Assembly (NCBI RefSeq): GCF_009914755.1
Contig: NC_060931.1
DNA from: the human T2T-CHM13v2.0 reference genome, Homo sapiens
Direction: 5' to 3' (one strand)
Length of the DNA stretch: 64,000 bases
In this document: in pieces, positions 46,654 to 61,433 of the stretch
Numbering within the stretch: position 1 is the stretch's first letter
How the letters are laid out: each line of letters opens with the position of its first letter
The notes under the pieces: model-generated
Databases searched by the model: none
What the model saw: only the letters and a program-made list of their open reading frames with translations
What the model was told of the DNA's origin: nothing
Made by a program: the position numbers and the translations under genes

Positions 46654-47880
46654 GGTCAAGCTCAAGGTGTAGACTTCAGTGTCTGAGGGCATTCTTATTT
46701 TTGAACACTGAATTCAACATTTGTAAGCATTCTGGTTTTTGAATCATAGAAATGTTTGATCTGCAGCACTTGACATTAGATTGCTTTTAGGAAGCAAAAT
46801 GGACTCAAACTTCAGTCATTTCTAATAATAGTAAGAGCCTATTACAGTTTATGAAGTGCTTCATAGCTCTTACTTTGTTTTATCCTTATAATCCTGTGGA
46901 GTAGAGAGTGCAGGTCTCATTACCCCCTCTTTAATGTGAGAGCATTGATTTGTGCTTGTAATATTAGCTTTATTTAGGCATTAGAATGACCAATATTTTA
47001 ACATGGGCATTTCTGTTGAGTCTTCAGACTTGAAGGTAATTCATTTGAAATAATCTTATAAGATCATATCATATGACTTCTTGTACATCTTTTAAATAAC
47101 AACATGAAGAGCTTTCAAGTAGTTCTGATTTTTATTATGATCAGTGATTTTTTAAATAGGTATATTACAGATAAGTAAGTTTTGCTATCTAGCACTGTAT
47201 CAAAGAATAGCTATAAATGAGCTCCTTGATCTCCCTCAATAATAAAATTTAGACTAGTAACTGGAATTAGTGCTATTAAAATTCAGACATAGTATCACTT
47301 TACTTTGAAATGCACCTAAGTTGAGAAATTTTGATGCAAATTTGAAATTGCCTTTGAATCACTGAGTGCCAGATTAAACATAGCACTTTTACCCACCAGT
47401 TCTAAAGGGCTGTCTGTAAATTGAAAGCACAAATGTTGAAGGCAGTAAAACATTCTAGAATGTGCAAGTTGGCCCTTTCATTGCCAAAGAAGTAAAGTTT
47501 CTGGAAAGCAGGAAGACATTAAAAAACAAAAACAGAACTCAACACCTTTTAAAGTGATGGATGTGATGTCAAACAAGGTGCTCATTGGACTCTACTCCAT
47601 TTCCTTTCCTCTGCAAGCTGCTCTGTCCTTCTGCCTCCAGCCTCCTGACAGTCCCTGTCATTGCTGGTGAGAGGTGATGTGTATGGCTGATGTGATGGGG
47701 GAAGGAAGGGATAAGAGAGGAAAACTACTGTTTTGTCTTCTTCATAGCTGTAAATTATTTTCTTGAGAAACGCAATTGCAGAATTTGTTCATAAAAATAC
47801 CATGCTTGGTTGGTTTAGAGAAATAAAAGATCAGGAGGGACTAGAGAAATATTTCAAATGAAACTTTCATCTTTGGATTT

Positions 47881-47901
47881 TGTGTGTGTGTGTGTGTGTG
47901 T
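47881..47901. repeat. (TG)10 microsatellite
   Basis: Direct reading. Confidence 0.95.
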
Positions 47902-48322
47902 TTTGGTGAGAAGTTTTATTGTTTTGGGTCTTAGAGGTCCCCCCACAACAAAGTTTATTCTAAAACAAGTTTTTACTGCTTTGACTTATCTTAGATTGAA
48001 GCTAGTCTGTTGATTCAAACACATGAATACGTTTTTTTTTCTTACAAAATATGTTGAGCATTATATATTTTTGTTGACAATTTACAAGACGGAAAAATTA
48101 GGGAAGCAACAAAACTTTTCACAAAATATAGTTTGTTGGATAACAGCAAATTTGGATATTTTTAGGAAGAGTTGGATAATTTCCCTCAATTCGTGGGATG
48201 GCTGTTGTCCACTTTTGCACATGTTCTGCCTCCTGTCTGAGGCATTCACAGCTGGCTTTGGATTTCTGTGTCTCCTAAAGCTTCTGTGAATCTGAAAAGT
48301 CATTTCTGAAACTGTGGTCTGC

Positions 48323-48468
48323 GGCTGGGAGCAGTGGCTCATGCCTGTAATCCTAGCACTTTGGGAGGCTGACACGGGCAGATTGCTTGAGCCCAGAAGT
48401 TGGAGACCAGCCTGGCCAGCATAGTGAGACTATGTCCCTATTTCATAAAAACAAAGAAAAGAAAAATA
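48323..48468 (+). mobile_element. Alu left monomer (FLAM_C-like)
   Basis: Single arm + A tail. Imperfect TSD AAA(C/T)T(G/A)TGGTC 48309-48319 / 48469-48479. Confidence 0.88.
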
Positions 48469-48721
48469 AAATTATGGTCCAATTAACAAAATAATTGTTA
48501 AAATTAGGAAAAATGTCCTTGATCAAATCTGTTTGGGGTGAGCTGCATATGTGCATCTCTCCCATCTCCCCCCAGCCAGTAGAATCTCAATGTTCATTAG
48601 CTAATGATTAAAAGCTCTTGGTCTTCTGCTGTTAAAATTAAATCTGCCATTACATCTCCCAGATTTACTAGATTAAGAACAAATTTTGGACTCTGTGGAA
48701 CATAAGTTGGGGAAATGTTGG

Positions 48722-49078
48722 TATATTAGCTGTCTGTTGCTGTGTAAAAAATTACCGCAAAATAAGCTGCTTAAAATAGCACTGGTTTATTGTCTCAGTT
48801 TCTGTGTGGTAAGAGTCTGAGTATGGCCTAGCTGGGTGCCTCTGCCTCCAGGTGTCCCTTCAGTCTGCACAGTCAGCTAGGCCTTCTCTTGTTTCATCTG
48901 AATGCTCCACTGGGAAAGGATCTACTTCTGAGCTCACATGGCTGTTGGCAACATTCTGTTTTTTGAGTCTCTTGGACTGCGAGCCTCTCACAGACACTCA
49001 AAGGAAGAATATTCCACAACAAAGTGAATATGAATAGGCAAGGGAGTCATGGGAACCACCTTAGCGTTTGCCAACCAT
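48722..49078 (-). mobile_element. MaLR LTR (MLT1F/G-like)
   Basis: tattagctgtctgttgctgtgtaa...gcttaaaa...tctcagtttctgtg...tagctgggtgcctctg. Confidence 0.7.
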
Positions 49079-49120
49079 TGTTGGTATCAAAAGTACTGTC
49101 CAATTATGTCGTGGTGATTA

Positions 49121-49396
<276 letters not shown>

Positions 49397-51031
49397 TTGT
49401 TAGCATGTAGTGCATGTCAGCAGCTACCTTAGGGTGTAAAGATTTATAAACGGTATTGATAATGATGATGATTAATGATAGTACAGGTGATGATAAGGAA
49501 GCCTTATTGGTTGTTGCTCATGTGAAACACTAGGGTAAGCACTTTGCCTGTAGTATCTTTTCAAATCTTCACATAGTCTCCTTTTCTATATAACAGTTCG
49601 AGAAGTTATGTAAACAGAGGGCTGTAGATTGTTTTCAAACAGCTCACTGAGAAAATAGACAATTTATATCACTAACTATATTGTATGACAAGTAACTTCT
49701 TTATATAGAATGGCAGACCAGAAAAGGACACTGCACTTTTTGCTTGGGAGATTTAGAGAGAAAGACCTAAAGAATTATTTTCAAGGTCCAAATAGGATTT
49801 CATGAAGTTTTAAGACAAGGACAGAGACAGGGCTCAGTATAAGTAAAGGTAGGTAAGGTTTATGTTATGGTAATATTTCATAATCCTCCACTAGTAACAT
49901 TCCAGAAGACAGAGCTTTTGCTGTGTAGCCATGAGCAGAAATGTTGATGTTCATGTGGACAGCAAAGCTGGAGAGTAGATTGTCAACAAGGTGGTAGCAA
50001 CAGTAACAGATGGCAATTATTTGATTATATTTTTTATTATTTATTTATTCCCAGCCTCTTTCCAAAATGGCTCTGAAGCAGCTGCTGATCTGACGCTCCA
50101 CTCGCTTTATTCTTATTTAGCCTGCAGGCTGTGCTAGGCAGACTTGTTTCCATCCAGCACATGCTCTCACTCCAGTTGCAGTCTCCAAGCTCCAACCTTC
50201 ATCATGTGCCCCTGGAAAGGCGGTCAGTGCCCAGGAGGCCTTGGGGCGTGAGAGCAGTGGCACAAGAGGGTTTCAGCATGTGTTTCTCTGGCCTCCTATC
50301 AGCTGGAACCTGCTGCCAGTCAGGCGGGACTTAGGCCAGGACCAGTCCCTGCCCAGATATGCCCCTGGGACTATGGCAGAGCCCTGAGCCAGGTGCCAGC
50401 AATGTACAGTTTGCCATGTACAGGGCCAGTTGGCAGATCAAAGGAGGCCAGCCTGAGTGAATAAGTCCTGGTCCCATTTACCAGTCCTCTGGGATAGAAG
50501 GAGAGTGATAGCCAAGGCTCACAGCAACAACTGGGGATGAAAATCTAGGAACCTGTGTCTTTTCTGGAAGTCCTTCCCTTGAGCAGAGATGGCAGCAAAA
50601 AGGCAGGCTCCTTTTGCAGTGAACTTTAGTTTTAAAAGCATGGTATCAAGGAATTGGAAGTCCAGTATTTCTTCTAACTTTGTCACCAGTTAGTTTTTTT
50701 ATTTTGGACAAGTCACTTAAATGGACAGTTGTGTTTTCTGTAAATTAAAAAACTAAGAATGAATTCAGTGATCTATTTTAGCTTTAAGTTATGGTTTTAA
50801 TGTTTTTAAATGTTCCTTAAAAACTATTATTTTAGGTAAGTTATTCCATTCCCTACCAGATACAGATGTAGATGTATAGATACATACACCAAATTTGTGG
50901 TTGTTTCTTTAAAAATACTTTTGCTAACTTCAAACTAAACTGCTTGGCTCATGAAAAATTGAAGAAATTCAACAAATATAGAATTATTCGGACTGCCAGC
51001 CTTATATGGAATGGAGATTTTATTGTCTTCA

Positions 51032-51433
51032 TGTATTGTCTTGTTTATTTTGTAATGCTATCACAGGATAGTACAGACTAGGTAATTTATAAGGAATAGA
51101 AATTTATTTCCTCAATCCCCTGGAAGCTGACATGTCCAAGAGCAAGAGGCCAGCCTCTGGTGAAGGCCTTCTTGCTGTGTCATCCAAGGGCAGCAGGTAG
51201 AAGGACAAGAGTGGGCAAGAAAGAGAGACAAAAGAGGCCCAAACTCACTTTTTTATATGGAACCCACTCCCAAGATAATGAACCAACTCCTGCCATAATG
51301 CCATTAATCCATTCATGAGGGCAGAGCTCTCATAACCTGATCAGATTTTAAATGTCTCTCTTCTTAATACTACTAAAATGGCAAGTAAATTTCAACATGA
51401 ATTTGAGAATTGATAAACATTCAGACCATAGCA
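51032..51433 (-). mobile_element. MaLR LTR (MSTD/MLT1A-like)
   Basis: gactaggtaatttataaggaatagaaatttatt...aatccattcatgagggcagag...cattcagaccatagca. Confidence 0.85.
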
Positions 51434-51865
51434 GTCATCATTCCAGTGACTGAAACTAGGTAATTAGGGAAAGGAATGGCAAATTTTAATGCTATCAGAA
51501 AGGGTTATTTTTAAAAGTAAATTCAAGGCAAATTTTTAAATATATCTTTACATTATACAAAAGGGGAATGCACAGTTATTTTCAAGATGTATTCATTGTT
51601 AAGACATTGGGAATAAGATATTAACAAAGAGAACTCTTGAAACATTTGCTTATTATCTTATGATTACAGTAGCTATAAATTCCTTAATTGCATGTATACC
51701 TATCTTTACATAATGGGCAATTATACCAATGATAACATGCATTCTGTTTTTTTTCACTAATATATCTATTAGTAAGATTTTCCATGTATTTGCTTTTACA
51801 ATTATAAGTAATATATGTGCCTTGTTTTAAAATAGACGTCACAGATAGTCATAAAGAAGAACATA

Positions 51866-52177
51866 GGCTGGCCGTGGTGCCTCTCACCTGTAATCCCAGT
51901 GCTTTGGGAGGCTGAGGTGGGAAGATGGCTTGACTTCAGGAGTTTAGGATCAGCCTGGACAACATAGTGAGACCCTGTTTCTACAAAAATTAAAAATTAG
52001 CCACATGTGGTGACGTGCAGCTGAGTCCCAGCTACTCAGCAGGCTGAAGCAGGAGGATCAATAGAGGGAGGTTGAGGCTGCAGTGAGTCATGATTTTGCC
52101 ACTGCACTCTAGCATGGGCAACAGAGCGAGACCCTGTCTTAAAAAAAAAAAAGAAAAAAGAAGAAGAAGAAGAAAAT
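51866..52177 (+). mobile_element. Alu (AluJ-like), A/(AAG)n tail
   Basis: Diverged dimer. Confidence 0.92.
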
Positions 52178-52896
52178 AGACATTGCTATCTTCTTTCTCT
52201 AATTTGGCCATGTTAACATATTTTTCACCCTTTCCTATGTACTTACGTAACAATATATTTTTCTGTTTTAAAAAAAAGTTGCTTTATTTTTTTAACAATA
52301 TATAAATTGCATTTTAAGGCCATGTGATTTTATTTGTTGAATTTTTCAACAGGCAGTTACCAGTTTATTTGTTGTCCCAAATGAAGTTCATAGAAAAGTG
52401 GAGATTTATGTGAGATACCAGAAATGCAGTAGAAAACAGACAAATGTTTTTCCATGAAATGGTCACAAATTTTATATCGAAATCTAGTAACATCATATTC
52501 TAACATGAATCAGTCCTTTGCTTCCTTTTACCTCAAAATATTCATAAAATGTACTACTAAGATTTTTAATGAAGAGAAAACTTTTGTCTAGAAAGCTAAG
52601 TGGTCTCCTATAGCTTTTTATCTCTTTTTTCCTTTGAACTCACTGTGGTTATGAGATTCTGTTAGTAGATAATGGGTTTGTTCAGCCTTGTTAAATATCA
52701 TTATTTTAATTTTTGATATGTATCTAAAGCTGAATAATTCCTTAAACCTTTTGATTCTGAAACCTCAGCTTGGGTGCCCTCAGGAAGAGAATACTCTCCA
52801 TCACAAAATAATTAACTGCTCCCTGATTTACCACTTACTTCCTGGTACACGAATGCATATGCACGCTGTGTCTGGCATCTAAATTAAAATATTTTA

Positions 52897-53226
52897 GGCC
52901 AGGAATGGTGGCTCACACCTGTGTTCCTAAAACTTTGGGAAGCTGACAAGGGAGGATAACTTGAGGCCAAGAGTTTGAGACTAACCTGGGTAATGTAGTG
53001 ATACTCTATCTCTACAATTTTTTTTTTAATTAGATGGGCGTGGTGGTGCACACCTGTAGTCCTAGCTATTTGGGAGGCTGAGGCAGGAGGATCACTTAAG
53101 CCCAGGATTTCAAGGCTTCAGTGAGGTATGATCATACCACAGCACTCTAGCCTGGATGACAGAGTAAGACCTTGCCTCTTAAAAAATAAATCAAATAAAT
53201 AAATAAGCAAACACATAAATAAATAA
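52897..53226 (+). mobile_element. Alu (AluJ-like)
   Basis: Dimer with T-rich linker and (TAAA)n tail. Confidence 0.92.
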
Positions 53227-53716
53227 TTCAAAGTATAGGACACTGTGAGTAATATTTAAGAATAAGTTCTCAAATTCTACATTGTTGTGTATTGTATGAT
53301 ATATATGGTAAACTGTAGAAACATTCCTGTCAGGAATCACATAGCTCAAATCATTAGCTGATTTTCGTTTTCTTCTTTTCTTTTGATATTTTTATTATCC
53401 AACTATAAAAATGAGGTGAACTTATTTTCAGATGTTTTCTTTTTATTGCATTATATTTTACATAAAATCAAATTGCCAATTACAATTTGATGAATTTGGT
53501 AAATGTAGTGTGAAAACCACCTCCACAATCAAGTTTTGTAGAACACTTTCATCATCTCAGAAAGTATCCTGGTTTCCTATAGCAGTCAAGTAAACATTGT
53601 ATTTCTTGCTATTAATTGTTGTTTTTTCACACCTTAGTCAATCTGGAATAGTAGGATTTCAGATAATAAAATGCTGCATAGAAAACAAAATTTCTATCTT
53701 AGGAGATATTCTAGAC

Positions 53717-53890
53717 CAGAGGTTGGTAAACTTTTTCTGTAAAGAGCTAGATAATAAATATTTTTGCCCATGAAGTCTCTGTTGCAACTACACAAAATCT
53801 GTTGTTTCAATGAAAAATCAGCCACAGACACCATCTCAACAAATGGATGTGGCTGGATTTGGTTCATGGAGCATAATTTGCCAACCCCTG
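53717..53890. mobile_element. hAT-Charlie MITE (MER58A-like)
   Basis: TIRs CAGAGGTTGGTAAA / TTTGCCAACCCCTG and perfect 8-bp TSD TTCTAGAC 53709-53716 / 53891-53898. Confidence 0.92.
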
Positions 53891-56603
53891 TTCTAGACCT
53901 TTGCAGTTCAGTTGTTCTTACTAATAACCAATGAGCTGGTAATAAAGCATTTGGTTCAGTGAGATTTTCAAAGGAAAAATAGATAATGAAATAATTTGTA
54001 ATATTATAATTTGGTATATACTCATCTTTAAAGTTATTATTTCTGAAAGTATCCAATATATGATACTCTAAAAACCTACAAAGCGTAGCTAGAGTAAGTT
54101 CATGTTACACAATTTTTATAGTAGTTGCAAAGAGATCATGAAAGAATAGTTTGGAATCTTTATGTGTATTGCAATTTGTATTAAAGCTCAAATTGTAGAT
54201 CCTAAATCATACCACTAACTGATAAAATGTTTACAAATTGTTGACTTCTGTCACCCTGTATTTTCTTTTCATGTAATATTGCTAAATACAGATTTCTTTT
54301 TCCTGTACTAAATGGCAATCCTTTCTTAAATGAATAATCCATCTTTGTTTTGTGAGTCTTTCAAAACCATCTGAACAACTCCACTAAATCCTGTAGGTTT
54401 GAGAGCTTGTGGAATAAGAATGCCAGCCCTTGGGCTAATTTAGCACATGGACAGACTAGGCTTTTACATGGTGGAATGCTACCTTCTGAACATGTGGCCT
54501 TTCTCACAGGCATCTCTTCCCTCCTTAAAAGTCCAACTTGCTAATGTTATATTGTTTTTATTAAACTTTTGGGGGGTTAAAACTTAGTAATCTAGTTAAA
54601 AACTCAACCCAAATTTATTACTTCACATATTGCCAACAAATGACCTCATCATAGGAGCTACATGAAGTCAATAATTTTTTTTAAAAAATGAGTCATTTGT
54701 GACTTTATGATAATAATAGTGCAACAATGAATGCTAATGTAAGAAAACTATTTTTAGAAAAAGTGTTCTGTTAAATGGCTTACCTTTTGACTTAAAAGTT
54801 AGTAATGTGTGAAGTTGCCAGTAGTTGAAACAAAACAAGGTTTACAGAAAATAATTGATATTATAAAGGATATCTTTTAAAAATTCCATGTGTGTTTGCT
54901 TTGATTTTGAACACTAATTCCCTTGAAATTTGTTTTGAGACATGTATACTGTATTTGTTTACAACATTTGATGCATTGTCATCTTTAAAGTTATATAATA
55001 GATTGGGAGTAATTTTGTGTCCATGATTTATTGTTTCGTACTTTGGCATTTTAACATATAGTCATAATTTCCAAGATTAATCAGTCCACATGTACTAAAT
55101 TTTACTTCTATACTTATATTTCAAATATGGTTTCCCCTTTTTGCTCCTTTAACAAAATATTTAATGAGGGAAACAGGAATATCAATACAAGAGTGGATAG
55201 CGAAATAGCACTTTATGATTCTGTAACTCAAATTTGTTTTGAAGAGGATTTCTAAATTTCAAGTATCTTCAGCCGTAGTGTAAGATTTCAAATAAAGCTT
55301 TATTGGAGAAGATAAAGGTATTAAGGACAAGTTATTTGGACTGACAAGATGGGAATATTTAAAGTATACATAACAGATTCTGAAAAACTAGGACATGTGC
55401 TTCAGATGTAAGATTTCTTACTGTAATTCTTAAAGGCTAAGACATTTGTCTAGTATAGCACAAGATAAGTTTGAGTTTCATTGCTGCCAGCTCTTTATGG
55501 CAGTCTTCTGTGAACACTCTTGGTCCTAAAAAATACAGCATGTGTAAAGTTTACTGACAAGTGAGGATACATAGATTGTCGGGTTGCGGACAGTAAGTTC
55601 AAACTTATCAAAATCTGTCCAACTGTATTCTTGCATTCATTTGTATTGGTTATTAGTACAGTCTTCTTGGATGTAGAAATGCAACATTCATTGCATTCAT
55701 TTTATGAATTATATAATTTTGTTTTAAAAGTCCTAGATGCTTGGCCAGTTTTGAAACTTTCATCATCTTGTAGAAATCTATTACAGGATTTATTCTGCAA
55801 GCAAGTTTCCCTTCAAGGAAGATTTTAGTTTTTAACTTCTAAATTGTTTGATGATTCAGATTGTGCATGCAAGCCTATCCCAGGTTTTAGTAGCTAAATG
55901 AGCTATTATGCAGACAAGCCTGAGCTTTGGAAGGCAACTTGGTTGTACTAGTGAGAATATTTAAATAGTAGTTTATTTCTGCTTGTTCCACCCAGTCTTT
56001 AACTCACTCCTGCCAGCCACCAGTTTTCCTGCCATGCCATGAAAGCCTGTCATTTACAACCGATGACTATTTTAGAACCAAACCGTAGTGAAATAAGGCT
56101 GGAGTCGGGGGGATGTAGGGAGCTGAGACTGCCCAGGGCTGTGTGAGGACTTATTAGACCCTTTTTCTTTCTCTCTTTTTTTTCTGTAGGTAACATGTGC
56201 ACCCTGTAATAGACATTGCAAAGAGTACAAAATGGGAGTATAGTGAAAGTTAAATTTTCTTCTCTCCTGTTTTCTTGTTCCTTTCCCCACAGGCAGTTGC
56301 CTTTACCAGTTTTCTTATGCATCTTTCCAGAGATCCAATATGCAAATAGAATCACACATTTTTTACATAAATAATACCTAATATGCCCCCTGTTATTTAT
56401 TTTGTCTTTTCCATTAACAATATATTATAGTTGGTTCCATATTAGTACATAGCGATTTATTGGCCTTATTGGCTGCATTTTGTATCTGTACTGTAATTCC
56501 AGTTCTTTCCTGGAGTTTGAAGTTATTTTTAGTCATTTGCTACAAACAATGTCACAATGAATCTCCATGCCCGTAAGTCTTTGTATGTATAAATATACAA
56601 TAA

Positions 56604-56954
<351 letters not shown>

Positions 56955-57534
56955 CTATCTATGTATATATATGATAAACACCTAGAATAAAGTTGCCACT
57001 GGTCACTCTGAAACTTCTGAAAAATAACCAATGGCTTCCAAGTTCAGTTCAACCAGTTAACTCAATGAACACATTACTCATGTATTGATCCTGGGGGCTT
57101 TCAACAATCAGACATGGCCTCTGCCTTAAATAGGTTAGGGCCACTTTCATGTGATGGTTATGCTTCAAGACAAAGTGCTGGGTGACAAATCAGAGGTGCC
57201 ATTGAATCTTGAGGAAGTCCACAACAGGGAAAAATAACTTGTAACTTCAGTAATCAAGGAGAAATTAGAGGATGGGTTGAGATTAGAATTAGATATGGGA
57301 AGTGGCAGAGAAGGGCATGTGGGGAGGGTGCCTGGAAGCATGGATGCACCAAAGTGCATGAAGGACATACTGCATTCTATCACATGGACCTCCTCACCAT
57401 ACCTGTGACATGCCAGGCCCACCCTGTCTCAAAACGTGAGCATCTGCTGTACCCACTGCCTGAATCACTTCCCCTAGATTTCTTTATGGCTTGGTCTCTT
57501 TCCAGGACATTGGGGCTCCTCAACATGGGCCCTG

Positions 57535-57850
57535 GTTATTTGTTTAGTTTGTTTGTCTGTCTGTTTTTAGAGACAGGGTCCTGCAGGAGAGCAAGACAGG
57601 GTAAAGAGCGGTGGTGCAATCATAGCTCACTGCAGCCTTATATTCCTGGGTTCAAGTGATCCTCCTGCCACTTGAGTAGCTGGAACTACAGGTGCATACT
57701 GCCAAACCCAGCTATTTTTTTTTTTTAAATTTTGTAGACATGACATCTTGCTATGTTGCCCAGGCTGGACTCAAACTCTTGGGGGCCAGCAGTCTTCCTG
57801 CCTTAGCCTCCCAGGTAGCTGAGAATACAGGTGCATGCCACTGCACCCAG
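57535..57850 (-). mobile_element. Alu (AluJ-like)
   Basis: Antisense dimer. TSD CATGGGCCCTG 57524-57534 / 57851-57861. Confidence 0.9.
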
Positions 57851-58488
57851 CATGGGCCCTGCGAGTTTGCACCAGTGCATCAGGTGTTGTTCTGTTGTGT
57901 CTGAAGCAGGTGCCTCATGTTCTTGTACCTTGCTATTCCTTTTCATGCCACCATACAAGTGCCTGTAATGTTGACCCTTAGGGCACATCCTGGCTCCTCC
58001 CTGGTGTCTTCCACTGCAGTGGCTATTCTGGCTTCCTTTGCCATCTGCCCAAGGGCAAAGCTGACCCTTTTCTTAGTCGGCTACAATGCAGCTGATATCT
58101 GGCTGTTATTTCCAACAAGATTTTATGAAGGCTGGACATTTGGGGATGGGCAGGGCAGAGCAGAGGTATCACCCACTTCTCTTCAAAGTGCTCTGCTCGG
58201 AGCTTAGAGGATCAGTCTCAGTGTGGGGGAAAGGGATCCCTTATCTTTATTTCCTGTGCATCTCTCTCTGACTAGGGCCGGATTCTCTGTTTCCCTAGTG
58301 ATTACACCCTAGGCTTGCTACCTGGAATTCAGGCCCTACAACCCCAAGGCTTGGGAAGGAATATTCTCTCCCTGTGAGAATCTAAGGTGCCTGGGAAGTC
58401 TCATCTTAGATCTTGGAGTCCACCTTCCAGCACATAACGTTTATACAAGACAGAGCTCTGGGTGAGAAATCAGAGGCACAGTTGAATC

Positions 58489-58550
58489 TTGAGAAATTTC
58501 ACAAGAAGAAGAAATGAGTTGAGAAATTTCACAATAAGGAGAAATGACTT
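58489..58550. repeat. 30-bp tandem duplication
   Basis: ttgagaaatttcacaa(g/t)aag(a/g)agaaatga(g/c) x2. Confidence 0.9.
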
Positions 58551-59934
58551 TTGGCTTCAGGGGTTAAGGATCTGATCACAACCAACAGTCCCACATCAGT
58601 AATCCTTGTGAGATTTAGACTTAAATGTTACTGCAAGTTGGGCTTTATTGGTCCATTTCTTTGGAGGATGAATAGCTTTCAGCACACACCCTTTCTTCAG
58701 TTCTCTGAGTTCCTGAAAACTGCTGATCAAGAATAGGGGGAACCTTCATTGTGCAGTCTCTATGTTCCCTGAGTCAGTAAACATCTTCCTCAAAGAAGCC
58801 ACAGAGCCTCAGAAACATGGCTCTGCTAAAACATGCACCCGGCTTACATGAAACACTTTCTTCTTTTTGAAACATCAAGATGCAGGTTAATTTCACTGCT
58901 TGCCCCAGAACAGTGGGTAGGGACTTGCTTTATATTTATATAACAGAATTTGCCGTTAAGTTGATTTTTCCAAGAATAAAGAAACAGCCTCAAATGTAAA
59001 TTCAGGTCTCTTCCTTCAGTAAAGCTGAACAGCTGGAAGCTTTGAAATGAGTATTTTTATACTTCTGCCTGTCAAGGTTTTTTTTTAAAAAAAACTGTCG
59101 AGTCTGGACATACCTATTTCTATGGCTCAAGTTAACTCGTTGAGAGGCAGCTAAAGTGTCGTGCTGAATCAGAGAAGCCTGATATTTCTGTGGTTGAGCT
59201 CTAAGCTGGCTTAACACATCTACGTATAATAATTCATAGCCTGGAATCCTAGTAAGCAAAGGAAGAATTAATCCCCTTTCCAAGTGTGTTTTACAGAGAC
59301 TTAGTCTTGTCTAAATTGTACATTTTACATAAGACCCAGTGTTACGTAGAGATGGAGAAGAGGTGGGGAGTGGTGGTAAAAAATTGAGACAATCATAAGA
59401 AATGATCCTTGCTCTTAGGGAGTATATTTTGTATAGCTAGAGAGGTAAACAGAGATAAAAATATAAATAATAACAGATTTATATACTGTCTGCCAAGTGA
59501 GCTGAATAGAGATTGAGATGTAATATAAAAGTTTAGAGGAGAAATTAATTCTTGAGGTTTTATTTATCTAAAATTTAAATATCATATTAGATAAAATTTG
59601 AGAAAAATTGATTAGTCAGGAAAGTGGCTCCCTTACTTGTATTTAAGGGCTGGTAGCTTGTATATTAATAGCCTTATGGTATAAATAAGAATATTAATAG
59701 CCTTATTAATAGACTTGTATTTTTATTTACAATATTCGTGTGCATCATAAACATATTAAAGTATTTTATGTCTGTTTTGGGGTTACTTCTTACCCCCTAA
59801 AGGGGATCTTGAGCTTTAACGTGATTCAGCTTTACTCATATTAAGTTCTTTAACGTTTTGAAATCCAAGGATAGGTTTTCTATTGAAGTCTCAAGGTGAA
59901 AACAGAGATGTTCTGGATGAGTTGGGGTGGGTCC

Positions 59935-60372
59935 TGCTACAGTTTGAGTGTTTCCCCCAGAATATGTTTTGGAAATTTGGTCCCTAGTGTGGCAGTGTTG
60001 GGAGGTGGGACCTTTAAGGGGTGATTAGGTTGTTAAGAGGAATTAATGCTGCTCTTGCAGGACTGGGTTAATCCTCACAGGAGTGAGTGAGTTCTTGCTC
60101 TCAGGGAACTGGAATAGTTACCATGAGAGTGGATTGTTATAAACTGAGGTTGCCCATCATGTTTTGCCCTTTTGTACGTGCACACTTCATCCTTCCACTT
60201 CTCTACAACATGATGACACAATACCAAAGTCTATCCAGATGCCAATCAGATGCAGCTGCCTGATTTTGGACTTCCAAGCCTCCATAACCATCAGCCAAAG
60301 TAAACTTTTTTTCTTTATAAATGACTCACTTTCAAGTATTCTTTGATAGCAACAAAAAAATGGACTAAGACA
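59935..60372 (+). mobile_element. MaLR solo LTR (MSTB-like)
   Basis: TGCTACAGTTTG...GGACTAAGACA with 5-bp TSD GGTCC (59930-59934 / 60373-60377). Confidence 0.92.
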
Positions 60373-60549
60373 GGTCCATCCCTGTAGGCTGGGATGACAC
60401 ACAAGTGCGATCTGCCAAAGGAACCTCTGCTTCAGAGGTTCATACTAGGTGGTTGTCCTTGCCAGATATGTCAGTTTATCAGTAGACTTACTGCAGGCCA
60501 GACGTCATGCCAGGAACTGGAGATACAAAGGCAGGTGAAATGTGGCCAT

Positions 60550-60843
60550 GGCCAGGTGCAGTGCCCCACGCCTGTAATCTCAGCACTTTGGGAAGCTGAG
60601 GCGGGAGGACCACTTGAGCCCAGGAGTTTGAGACCAACCTGTGCAACATGGCAAGATTCTGTCTCTACAAAAAATTTAAAAATTAGCCAGACATAGTGAT
60701 GCACGCCTGTAGCCCTAGCTACTTGGAGGCTGAGCTGAGAGGACCTCTTGAGCCCAGGAGTGTGAGGCTGCAGTGAGCTGTGATTGTGCCACAGCACTCC
60801 AGCCTGGGTGACAGAGTAAGATCCTTTCTCAAAAAAGGAAAAA
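60550..60843 (+). mobile_element. Alu (AluJ-like)
   Basis: Dimer. TSD core ATGTGGCC 60540-60547 / 60845-60852. Confidence 0.93.
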
Positions 60844-61433
60844 CATGTGGCCTTATTTTGGGAAAATTGGTCTGCCCCACCTATGTGGGGCAGGTGGCAG
60901 CTGTCATGTAAATGAAAGACTTTGCTGTGTTTATCTGTTAAGTGCAGTGCTGAGGTAAATCAGAGAACAGAGGAACGTTCATTACCTGGACCAGGAAGGG
61001 GAGGGCAAGTCAGGGAAGCTTCTGGAGGCCTTGGCCCTGAGCATAATTTTGAAGGATATGTAGGAGTCATCTGCTGAATAAGTATTAATAATTACAGGAT
61101 ATGAGACCATGTTGTGCCAATGAACTGACATAAGAAAAAAATAATTACTGGTAATTTGATTGGCTGCTAACAGTTGGCTAGAACATAGAAAGGGATGGGA
61201 AGAAACAAGGTAGTCACATGTTCTTTTATTCCTTGGAATTTGGACTTCAGGGTAAAGCCCAGAGGATCTATTAAGATTTTTAGCAGAGAACTGGTTTAAT
61301 CAGATGGTGTTTTAGTTTATGGTAATAGCCAGTATGAATTAAGTGTTACTCTAGGCCAACTGTATGATTAAGCATTTTTCATGCATTATCTCATCTAATT
61401 CGCACAAATACCTTTCGAGTTAGATGTGGCTAT

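Noticed and set aside
59662-59712. Repeated ATATTAATAGCCTTAT
   Set aside because: Short local slippage duplication in AT-rich DNA with no further structure.
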